Shown piece by piece: positions 32,906-40,306 of a stretch of DNA of 64,000 nucleotides. The notes under the pieces are model-generated. The model was not told where the DNA came from. It saw only the letters and a list, made by a program, of their open reading frames with translations, and searched no databases. Location of the stretch: contig JAKUTR010000010.1 of assembly GCA_022448725.1 (NCBI GenBank), forward strand, positions 7,540-71,539. The letters are read 5' to 3'. This DNA is from SAR202 cluster bacterium (GTDB lineage: Bacteria; Chloroflexota; Dehalococcoidia; Lucifugimonadales; VXLM01). The translations under genes were made by a program, and so were the position numbers. Each line of letters begins with the position of its first letter. Within the stretch, counting starts at the first letter, position 1.

Positions 32906-33687
32906 GGTAATAAACCAAATCCGAATCGCTCAAACACTTGCTGTGGTCTGTTACTTTTTAGGAAGAGTAAGAAGTCATCGGCCACTATACTAGGTGTCGA
33001 TGGGCCAAGGGCCGCCGCAGGGTAAATAACGTCAGAGTAACTATCAATGGGAACAACATCAAATGCAAGAAGAGTGGGCGCCACAGCTGCGTCTGTCTCA
33101 TAAACTATAGCCACATCCACGTTGCCTGTTTCCACGTAGCCAAGTGTAGTCCGGACGTCAGTGCCCAATATCAACTGAGGTAACAACGGTTCCCAAAGAT
33201 TCGTTGACTTGAGGGCTTCACGGGCATAATAGCCAGCTGGTGCCAGATCAGGGTCAGCAATAGCAACCCGGCGAACTTTGGTGAGATCACCAAATTCCTG
33301 GATATCTTTGTTTCCATCTCGGTTTTTAGTAACAACGACGAGTTTATTACGAAGTAGAGCGACCTCATCATTAATCAAAGAACGTTCTCGTAGAAATTCC
33401 ATCGGCCCGTCTCCAGCAGAAACAAAAATATCCGCTTTTGCACCACTCGCAATCTGCTGAGCAAGTACCTGAGAACCAGCGTAGCTAACTACTACCTCTG
33501 TTTCTGTCTCCAGTTCGTAGATATCAATTATTTCTTCGAGTGCATTCGTCATGCTGACAGCGGCAAAAACAAAAAGTTGATCACCGCCTTTTGAGTTACT
33601 CGTGCAGCCTGTCACCAACATGGCGAATACAAACAGTGCGCAAGACCATGATAAGAGTCCCCTCGCCCTCTTAACTAAGCCGTCCAT
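32902..33687 (-). CDS. modA: molybdate-binding periplasmic lipoprotein
   Basis: Signal peptide with lipobox (LVTGC). ModA-like blocks (VFAAVSMTNAL, SYAGSQVLAQQI, ADIFVSAG). Confidence 0.82.
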   Translation of the reverse strand: MDGLVKRARGLLSWSCALFVFAMLVTGCTSNSKGGDQLFVFAAVSMTNALEEIIDIYELETETEVVVSYAGSQVLAQQIASGAKADIFVSAGDGPMEFLRERSLINDEVALLRNKLVVVTKNRDGNKDIQEFGDLTKVRRVAIADPDLAPAGYYAREALKSTNLWEPLLPQLILGTDVRTTLGYVETGNVDVAIVYETDAAVAPTLLAFDVVPIDSYSDVIYPAAALGPSTPSIVADDFLLFLKSNRPQQVFERFGFGLLP

Positions 33688-33721
33688 ATCATGACTCGTT
33701 TTAGAAAGCCCACAACACCAG

Positions 33722-33749
33722 CTGACAAGCAGTGTAAAAAGCGCATAAT
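33722..33749 (+). promoter_or_regulatory. candidate promoter for nusA
   Basis: CTGACA (33722-33727), 16-nt spacer, CATAAT (33744-33749). Weaker than the other promoters called here. Confidence 0.3.
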
Positions 33750-33825
33750 TCTCTCAGTCCGTAACTTGAACGCACAGTACTACAATGATACGATAAGAGG
33801 GTTCTGATCGTAAGAGTGTTTCGGA

Positions 33826-33856
33826 GAAAGTGGGTTAAGCCCACTTTCTTTGTTTG
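33826..33856 (+). terminator. intrinsic-terminator-like hairpin in the nusA 5' leader (possible attenuator)
   Basis: 9-bp stem GAAAGTGGG / CCCACTTTC with loop TTAAG, followed by TTTGTTTG. It lies 33 nt upstream of the nusA ATG, and there is no co-oriented gene upstream. Confidence 0.55.
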
Positions 33857-33888
33857 AGGGACCTAAAATCTGGGAGGTTTCGCAGAAT

Positions 33889-35442
33889 ATGAAGAGCGAT
33901 TTTATTGTCGCCTTAACTCAACTAGCTGCCGAACGGAACCTACCACGTGAAATCGTATTGTCAGCTATTGAAGATGCTTTGGTCTCCGCGTTCAAACGGG
34001 ACAAAGTTGCAGCTGCTAAAGATATTTCCGTTAAGCTTGACCCTGGATCAGGAGACGTTGTTGTTTCTATCGTTAAGACGGTTGTCGAAGAAGTAACAGA
34101 TCCGGAAGTCGAGATGACCGTAGCTGAAGCAAAGGAATTTGCCTCCAGTCCCAGCGTTGGTGACATTGTTCCAATCTCCACACTACCGAATAGTGCAGGC
34201 CGGATTGCCGCACAGACTGCCAAACAGGTTGTAATACAACGATTACGTGAAGCTGAAAGAGAACTCGTTTTTTCTGAATACGCTGGTAAAGAGGGCGAAG
34301 TTTATAACGTCACTGTCCAACGGGTTGAACCTAAGCAAGTTGTTGTTGAACTAGGACGAGCAGAGGCTGTCCTACCAGTATCAGAACAATCACAATATGA
34401 ACGCTACCGCGTCGGCCAACGCTTCAAAGTAATCCTCCTAAAAATCGGCCAATCTAACCGGGGCCCTGAGCTGGTTGTATCCCGTGCCGATCAGGGTCTA
34501 GTGAAAAGACTATTCGAGATGGAAGTTCCCGAGATTTACAATGGAGCAGTTGAAATCATTTCAATCGCACGAGAAGCCGGATCTCGAAGCAAGGTTTCCG
34601 TTGTAGCAAAACAAGAGGGTGTCGACGCAGTTGGCTCTTGCGTTGGGCTACGTGGTATAAGAATCCAAAATATAGTCAATGAGCTTCACGGGGAAAAAAT
34701 AGACGTGGTCGAGTGGAGTGAGGACTCGGCTCGGTTCATCAAGAATGGCCTAAGTCCGGCAGTCGTAACACGAGTAGACTTGAACCCGGAGGAGGGAACC
34801 GCAGTCGCTGTTGTTCCAGAGCGGCAACTTTCTCTAGCTATCGGTAAAGAAGGCCAGAACGCCAGACTAGCCGCGAGAATGACCGGGCTAAAAATTGACA
34901 TCATCAGTGATGTTGAAGCAGAGGCGCTTGATGTCGAACGTACGGACACTGTTACCGCTGATACCACTGCTGAGGAGCCCATTTCCCAAGAAGATGACGT
35001 GGCTGAAGCTGAAATCGCCGACATCGACGAAGCAGAAATCAAAGAGCATGAGATTGTAGCCGAGGTTGATGAAACTCCAGCATCTGAGCCTGAAGCTAGC
35101 ACGGATGAATCTGAGCCTGAAGCTAGCACGGATGAATCTGAAGAGGAGCAAAACGAAGAGCAGGAAGAAGACAGCCCGGCCATCGATGAGCAAATCCTAG
35201 AAGAGTTGTTTATTGAAGATAAGCCTACTCCAGACGAAATAGTACCCGTTGGAGCTGATTCGACGTCGTTAGCAGACCTTCCCGACGACATCTGGAATAT
35301 CAGTAGACAAGCAGGTACGGAACCAGGAGTAATCCGTTTCGCAGAAGATATCGAGGAAGTAGCAAGACGAAGTGCCGGCACTGGAAGACGTAAGCGAGGC
35401 GGAGGCAACAACCGCAACCGAAGACCCCCACGGCGACGGTAA
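33889..35442 (+). CDS. nusA: transcription termination/antitermination factor NusA with long acidic C-terminal extension
   Basis: NusA N-domain ([20 protein letters not shown]), S1 domain and KH1/KH2 ([38 protein letters not shown]). ATG at 33889 with GGGAGG RBS; the track's TTG at 33850 lies inside the leader hairpin tail. Confidence 0.93.
   Translation: MKSDFIVALTQLAAERNLPREIVLSAIEDALVSAFKRDKVAAAKDISVKLDPGSGDVVVSIVKTVVEEVTDPEVEMTVAEAKEFASSPSVGDIVPISTLPNSAGRIAAQTAKQVVIQRLREAERELVFSEYAGKEGEVYNVTVQRVEPKQVVVELGRAEAVLPVSEQSQYERYRVGQRFKVILLKIGQSNRGPELVVSRADQGLVKRLFEMEVPEIYNGAVEIISIAREAGSRSKVSVVAKQEGVDAVGSCVGLRGIRIQNIVNELHGEKIDVVEWSEDSARFIKNGLSPAVVTRVDLNPEEGTAVAVVPERQLSLAIGKEGQNARLAARMTGLKIDIISDVEAEALDVERTDTVTADTTAEEPISQEDDVAEAEIADIDEAEIKEHEIVAEVDETPASEPEASTDESEPEASTDESEEEQNEEQEEDSPAIDEQILEELFIEDKPTPDEIVPVGADSTSLADLPDDIWNISRQAGTEPGVIRFAEDIEEVARRSAGTGRRKRGGGNNRNRRPPRRR
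35083..35136 (+). repeat. perfect 27-nt tandem duplication inside nusA (encodes SEPEASTDE twice)
   Basis: TCTGAGCCTGAAGCTAGCACGGATGAA occurs at 35083-35109 and again, identical, at 35110-35136. Confidence 0.95.
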
Positions 35443-35555
35443 TAAAGAGATACATCGGATTTTTAGATAGCGTAGCAACCCGAACCTGTGGCAAGCATTC
35501 ACATTGATGGGCCAAGGACACTCAAGTCACGCTCTAACTTTATAAACGAGGACAA

Positions 35556-37382
35556 ATGACTACCAAGCGAACAGCAGCGACTAGGCCTGAATCAGATAAT
35601 AGCAGCACGAAACCAGATAAGGTACAGACTACACAAGTAAATAACCCACTGGAAATACCGTCTGCAATACCCGTCACTGAATTAGCGGCAATGATGCATG
35701 TTGATCCTATCGACATAATCAAACAACTCATGCGGTTCGGGTTTATGATCACTATCAACGAAGTGGTCGAGTACGACATAGCGGCGTCCATCGCAAAATC
35801 ATTAGGGTTCGCAGTCAAAGATCCCCAGGAAGATGCGGATAGTTTAGCGTCTGTTGTATTGAGCCATGATGATGAGAGTGCAGATGATCTTGTAACTAGG
35901 CCGCCGGTTGTCACTATCCTTGGCCATGTCGACCACGGGAAAACAACGCTACTGGACTCTATACGCAGTAGTAAAGTCGTGGATGCAGAGAGTGGTGGTA
36001 TCACTCAACATATTGGAGCCTATCAAGTTGAATATAATGACCAAACAATATCGTTCCTGGATACTCCAGGGCATGAAGCGTTTACCGCGATGCGAGCCAG
36101 AGGTGCGCAGGTTACTGATATCGCAATCCTTGTTGTTGCAGCAGACGATGGAATCATGCCCCAAACTCAAGAGGCGATTGACCACGTAAAAGCGGCAAAT
36201 GTCCCAATTATTGTTGCAATTAACAAGATCGATAGGCCGGAAGCTGACGTAGATCGAGTCAGACGCCAATTATCTGAACGCGATTTACTAGTGGAAGAAT
36301 GGGGGGGCGAGGTCATAGGTGTGCCCGTATCTGCTCTTAAAAACGAAGGGGTCGGTAATCTGCTTGAGAACGTACTCCTTGTGTCGGAATTAGCCGAGTT
36401 AAAAGCAAATCCTAACCGCCCCGCAAAAGGGGTAGTGATCGAAGCTCACATTGATCGAAGTCGTGGCCCCATATCTACGATCTTGGTCCAAACTGGGACT
36501 CTCAGCACTGGGGATATTATGTTCACAGGTGGCTTCAAAGGGAGAGTCCGTGCCATGACAAACGAGTATGGACACAAAGTTGAAAGCGCAGGCCCCTCAG
36601 CGCCAGTTGCGGTCATGGGAGTGAATGGCCTACCTCAAGCTGGTGACACCTTCGAAATCGTGCAAACTGACCGCGATGCGAAGGCCCTTGTAGAAGAATG
36701 GGGGAGCCAGCAGTACAGTGACCCAAAGCGTAGTTCCTTGGAAGACTTCTCGCTAATGGTTGAAGCGGGAAATACTAGCGTTTTGAATTTGATTGTCAAA
36801 ACTGATGTTCAAGGTAGTATGGAAGCACTACGGAGTGCACTCGACAACCTTAATACGGACGCAACACGCGTTAGTATCATAAGTATGTCCACAGGAACGA
36901 TTACCGAGAGTGATGTAATGCTAGCCTCGGCCTCCGATGCTATCATCGTCGGCTTCAATACCCACTCTGAGCCAGGCGCATATACCCTAGCTAGTCAAGA
37001 AGGTGTAGACATACGCAGTTACGATATTATCTACAATCTGATTGACGACGTAACAAACGCTCTCCGCGGCCTTCTTGCACCGACGTTAAAAGATGTCATG
37101 GAGGGATATGCGACCGTCCGGGCTACATTCGGAATCGGCCGTAGAGGCATAGCTGCTGGTGTTTACGTGAACAATGGCATCATCTCTCGTGGTGGGCAAA
37201 TTCACGTCATCCGCAGCGGTGAAACTATATATGAGGGCACAATCGAGAGCCTTAAACACTTTAAGGATGATGTTCGAGAGTTAGCTAACGGTACCGAGGG
37301 CGGAATCGTGATCGCTGGATTTCAAGACTACGTAGAAGGTGACGTCCTGGAATCTCATCGTATTGAAGAAACTGAGGCGTAG
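35556..37382 (+). CDS. infB: translation initiation factor IF-2
   Basis: GTPase G1 [20 protein letters not shown] and NKID, plus C-terminal IF-2 domains; 608 aa. GAGGA RBS. Confidence 0.96.
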   Translation: MTTKRTAATRPESDNSSTKPDKVQTTQVNNPLEIPSAIPVTELAAMMHVDPIDIIKQLMRFGFMITINEVVEYDIAASIAKSLGFAVKDPQEDADSLASVVLSHDDESADDLVTRPPVVTILGHVDHGKTTLLDSIRSSKVVDAESGGITQHIGAYQVEYNDQTISFLDTPGHEAFTAMRARGAQVTDIAILVVAADDGIMPQTQEAIDHVKAANVPIIVAINKIDRPEADVDRVRRQLSERDLLVEEWGGEVIGVPVSALKNEGVGNLLENVLLVSELAELKANPNRPAKGVVIEAHIDRSRGPISTILVQTGTLSTGDIMFTGGFKGRVRAMTNEYGHKVESAGPSAPVAVMGVNGLPQAGDTFEIVQTDRDAKALVEEWGSQQYSDPKRSSLEDFSLMVEAGNTSVLNLIVKTDVQGSMEALRSALDNLNTDATRVSIISMSTGTITESDVMLASASDAIIVGFNTHSEPGAYTLASQEGVDIRSYDIIYNLIDDVTNALRGLLAPTLKDVMEGYATVRATFGIGRRGIAAGVYVNNGIISRGGQIHVIRSGETIYEGTIESLKHFKDDVRELANGTEGGIVIAGFQDYVEGDVLESHRIEETEA

Positions 37383-37404
37383 GCCACTCTTCTGGCACAC
37401 CAAC

Positions 37405-37803
37405 ATGTCCTCCTTTCGGATTGAACGGATCAATGGCCTCCTACAGATCGCAATCGGGACCGTGGTTTCAAATGAACTCAATGATCCCGCTATAGCCTCC
37501 ATGATTAGCATTACACAGGTCTCTTCCGCTGGGGATCTTAGTAATGCCAAGGTCTATGTGAGCATTGTCGGTGATCCGGATGAAAAAAAGAGGACACTAA
37601 AAGCTCTTAACGCAGCCTCTGGGTATATTCACAAGCTGCTGCGGCCCAGGCTCAATATGAAGCGCGTGCCCCGACCTCAATTCATTCTTGACGAATCAAT
37701 TGAACGGGGTGCTGATATGTCAGCTCTCATAGATAGGGTAATAGATCAAGACACAGCTCACTCTGACTCTTCAATTTCAAACGGCCAACTTGGGAAGCGG
37801 TGA
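37405..37803 (+). CDS. rbfA: ribosome-binding factor A
   Basis: RbfA blocks (RIERINGLLQ, ISITQVSSAGDLSNAKVYVS, RVPRPQFILDES). Start moved to the ATG at 37405, downstream of the infB stop. Confidence 0.9.
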   Translation: MSSFRIERINGLLQIAIGTVVSNELNDPAIASMISITQVSSAGDLSNAKVYVSIVGDPDEKKRTLKALNAASGYIHKLLRPRLNMKRVPRPQFILDESIERGADMSALIDRVIDQDTAHSDSSISNGQLGKR

Positions 37804-38702
37804 TTAGTCGGATAGACGGGATAATAAACGTCACCAAACCATCCGGTTTGACTAGCATGGACGTTGTCCGAAGGATCAAACGGGCTTGTAATCAAAAACG
37901 GGTCGGACATGGCGGCACGTTGGATCCCCTAGCAACCGGAGTTATACCTATATGTATTGGACAGGCAACTCGGATGATGGAGTATCTATTAGGATCCCGG
38001 AAGCAATACCTTGCAGTAATCAAATTAGGTATCGAAACTGACTCCTATGACTCTGAGGGAGAAATAGTGGCCTGCAAAGACGCCACAGGTATTACTGAGG
38101 GAGACATATTCAACGCTATTTCTCATTTCAGAGGGAAATTTCAGCAGACGCCCCCCATGTATAGTGCGATTAAAAAGGATGGGAAACGGCTCTACGACTT
38201 GGCACGCTCGGGCGTGCACATAGAGCGAGATGGGAGAGAAGTTGAACTGTACCAGGCCAACATAACATCCTGGGCAGGTGCTAACCTCTCAATTGAAATC
38301 GAATGTGGGAAGGGGTTCTATGTTAGGTCTTTAGCCCACGACCTCGGTCACATTCTAGACGTAGGGGGACACATAACAAAACTCGAACGCACTCGGGTGG
38401 GTGCATTTAGTATTAATCAAGCGGTGTCCATCGAAGAGGTAGAGGAGTCATTTAAGGGTGGCGCTTGGCCAGACATCGTGCAAGCAATGGATATAGCAGT
38501 ATTGCAACTGCCAGCGATCGTGGTCCATCCGACTGCAGTTCAGATGCTACGTAATGGCCGCCAGATAGCAACCAACACCATCCCTGCAACATCAACTGCA
38601 GGACTTCATCGGGTGTACAGCACGGATGGATCATTCGTCGCATTAGCGACCTTCAGTACCGCCGAAGGGTTATGGCAACCTCACAAGGTATTTACTAGCT
38701 AG
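37800..38702 (+). CDS. truB: tRNA pseudouridine(55) synthase
   Basis: Catalytic Asp motif GHGGTLDPLATG and the QTPPMYSAIK block. The GTG start overlaps the rbfA stop (GTGA). Confidence 0.93.
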   Translation: MISRIDGIINVTKPSGLTSMDVVRRIKRACNQKRVGHGGTLDPLATGVIPICIGQATRMMEYLLGSRKQYLAVIKLGIETDSYDSEGEIVACKDATGITEGDIFNAISHFRGKFQQTPPMYSAIKKDGKRLYDLARSGVHIERDGREVELYQANITSWAGANLSIEIECGKGFYVRSLAHDLGHILDVGGHITKLERTRVGAFSINQAVSIEEVEESFKGGAWPDIVQAMDIAVLQLPAIVVHPTAVQMLRNGRQIATNTIPATSTAGLHRVYSTDGSFVALATFSTAEGLWQPHKVFTS

Positions 38703-38747
38703 TCTCATTATTGATCTGTATAAACAATATATTTCTCATATTTGATA

Positions 38748-38776
38748 TTGACAGCCCACCAAGTCGGGGGTATGGT
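38748..38776 (+). promoter_or_regulatory. candidate sigma-70 promoter for the small zinc-ribbon gene
   Basis: TTGACA (38748-38753), 17-nt spacer, TATGGT (38771-38776). Confidence 0.5.
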
Positions 38777-38808
38777 CTACTTATACCAGAGGGAGGTCGA
38801 GTAACCAC

Positions 38809-38952
38809 ATGGAGGCATACTGCTTCAAGTGCAGGGCGAAACGGACAATTAGCGGTGCCAAGGAAGTAAAACTCAAGAACGGGCGACCAGCCACAGAAGG
38901 CACATGCCCGAACTGCGGCACAAAGGTGTTCCGCATCGGGAAAGCTTCTTAG
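38809..38952 (+). CDS. small zinc-ribbon protein, DUF5679-like (47 aa; absent from the ORF track)
   Basis: Hand translation: MEAYCFKCRAKRTISGAKEVKLKNGRPATEGTCPNCGTKVFRIGKAS. CxxC...CxxC ribbon, GGGAGG RBS about 10 nt upstream, with its own promoter and terminator. Confidence 0.75.
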   Translation: MEAYCFKCRAKRTISGAKEVKLKNGRPATEGTCPNCGTKVFRIGKAS

Positions 38953-38966
38953 CTAGCTGACCAACA

Positions 38967-39029
38967 AAGAATCCCACCGCGAAAAGAACCAGTGGACCAT
39001 CCACTGGATACTCTTCGGTGGGATTCTTT
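38967..39029 (+). terminator. compound hairpin / terminator after the zinc-ribbon gene, upstream of rplU
   Basis: Outer 14-bp stem AAAGAATCCCACCG / CGGTGGGATTCTTT enclosing an inner hairpin CCAGTGG-ACCAT-CCACTGG, with a T-rich 3' side. Confidence 0.5.
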
Positions 39030-39093
39030 GCGTGTGATATCATTGTGTGCGGCTCTCATGTAGAGCGCCGCGACCATCAACTAAAGGAAAAAA

Positions 39094-39411
39094 GTGTCAA
39101 ACTACGCGATCGTCCAAACTGGGGGTAAGCAGTACCGGGTCGAAACTGGCGATACGATCCGAGTAGAATCCCTGCCTGTGCACACAGGCGAACTCATCGA
39201 CGTGGGAGAAGTCCTCGCAGTATCGCAGGATGGAGACATCACGATCGGCACACCAACAGTCGAAGGTGCAAAAGTGCGGGCGCAGGTACTGTCGCAAGGA
39301 CGAGACAAGAAAATCGTGGTATTCAAATATAAGAATAAAACCCGATATCGCCGGAAAACGGGCCATCGTCAGACCTACACTGAAATCAAGATCACGGATA
39401 TCACTGTTTAG
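39094..39411 (+). CDS. rplU: 50S ribosomal protein L21
   Basis: YAIVQTGGKQYRV N-terminus and KKIVVFKYKNKTRYRRKTGHRQ block. GTG start with AAAGGAAA RBS. Confidence 0.95.
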   Translation: MSNYAIVQTGGKQYRVETGDTIRVESLPVHTGELIDVGEVLAVSQDGDITIGTPTVEGAKVRAQVLSQGRDKKIVVFKYKNKTRYRRKTGHRQTYTEIKITDITV

Positions 39412-39440
39412 CTATCTTTAGCTATATTGGAGAGTAAAAC

Positions 39441-39701
39441 ATGGCTCATAAAAAGGGTGGCGGAAGTACTCGGAACGGGAGAGATAGCGCAGGTAAAAGG
39501 TTAGGCGTAAAACGCTACGACAACGAGTTTGTGACAGCTGGAACTATTATAATCCGCCAGCGTGGCACCACCATACATCCTGGTACTAATGTTGGAATAG
39601 GACGTGATCACACCCTATTCTCCCTTGTTGATGGCAACGTCAAATTCGAACAAATTCGTCGGGATAAAAAACGCGCGAGTGTATACCCGCTAGGTACTTA
39701 A
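39441..39701 (+). CDS. rpmA: 50S ribosomal protein L27
   Basis: [17 protein letters not shown]-terminus and the IIIRQRGT block. Confidence 0.96.
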   Translation: MAHKKGGGSTRNGRDSAGKRLGVKRYDNEFVTAGTIIIRQRGTTIHPGTNVGIGRDHTLFSLVDGNVKFEQIRRDKKRASVYPLGT

Positions 39702-39703
39702 CA

Positions 39704-39910
39704 GTGAAAACAGACATTCACCCAGAATATTACTCTGAAGCGAAGGTGACTTGCTCGTGTGGCAAGTCATACACTACGGGCTCAACTAAGCCTGAGCTTC
39801 AAGTTGAGATATGTAAAGAATGCCACCCGTTCTACACAGGTGAGCAGCGAATCGTCGATACAGAAGGCCGTGTAGAACGGTTCAACCGCAGGTTCAACGT
39901 TCAAGAGTAG
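39704..39910 (+). CDS. rpmE: 50S ribosomal protein L31 (zinc-binding type A)
   Basis: [14 protein letters not shown]...[13 protein letters not shown] start 2 nt after the rpmA stop. Confidence 0.93.
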   Translation: MKTDIHPEYYSEAKVTCSCGKSYTTGSTKPELQVEICKECHPFYTGEQRIVDTEGRVERFNRRFNVQE

Positions 39911-39934
39911 ATTCCAAAATAGCGAGAGTTCGAA

Positions 39935-39967
39935 GAAGGGGAGCTGCCGACGCAACTCCCCTTCTTT
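39935..39967 (+). terminator. intrinsic terminator after rpmE
   Basis: 9-bp stem GAAGGGGAG / CTCCCCTTC with a 12-nt loop, followed by TTT. Confidence 0.55.
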
Positions 39968-40022
39968 AGTTATACGCACAGCCGGAATAACACTAACGTC
40001 ATTTAGCCAAAGTGCGCTAACG

Positions 40023-40050
40023 TTGACACTCTGAAATCGATTGTGATAAT
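40023..40050 (+). promoter_or_regulatory. candidate promoter of the atp operon
   Basis: TTGACA (40023-40028), 16-nt spacer, GATAAT (40045-40050) preceded by TGT (extended -10-like). About 40 nt upstream of the first atp gene. Confidence 0.55.
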
Positions 40051-40058
40051 ATGCACAA
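40041..40058. promoter_or_regulatory. candidate Rex operator overlapping the atp promoter -10
   Basis: TTGTGATAATATGCACAA is the inverted repeat TTGTG-N8-CACAA and matches 12 of the 14 specified positions of TTGTGAA-N4-TTCACAA. Confidence 0.45.
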
Positions 40059-40091
40059 ACTGCTCGGGAGGCCCTTGGGCATGGGGACGAG

Positions 40092-40286
40092 ATGCAAACA
40101 CTAACCCGGCTTATTGGCTTAGGGTGGTTGGTTGCACTTAGCATCGTTAGCGGTATAATGCTCGGGGTGTGGATCGACGGTGAACTAGGTTCTAGCCCAT
40201 TGTTTATGCTGATAGGGCTGGCTCTAGGGATCGGAGTGGCAGCTCTCGGTGCGTACCGCGTGCTGTCTAGTTTCTTAAACCGGTAG
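40092..40286 (+). CDS. AtpZ/AtpI-like small membrane protein (putative F0F1-ATPase-associated subunit)
   Basis: Two TM helices with the family-typical LGVWIDGELGSSPLFMLIGLALGIG pattern. It is the first gene of the atp operon. Confidence 0.7.
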   Translation: MQTLTRLIGLGWLVALSIVSGIMLGVWIDGELGSSPLFMLIGLALGIGVAALGAYRVLSSFLNR

Positions 40287-40306
40287 ATATAGAGGGACCA
40301 GATAGA

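Noticed and set aside
33688-33825. Looked for a molybdenum-cofactor riboswitch or other leader element upstream of modA (minus strand).
   Set aside because: No recognisable Moco-motif conserved blocks and no strong structure. The region more plausibly just holds the divergent modA and nusA promoters.
34686-35417. A 243-aa Ser-rich ORF antisense to nusA. Similar long antisense ORFs occur at 29532-30191 (ABC exporter), 43006-43620 (atpA), 32421-32993 (modB), 14900-15337 (mutS) and 35540-36004 (infB).
   Set aside because: Each lies opposite a strongly conserved, motif-bearing CDS and has a low-complexity or biased composition typical of shadow ORFs. No RBS or motif support.
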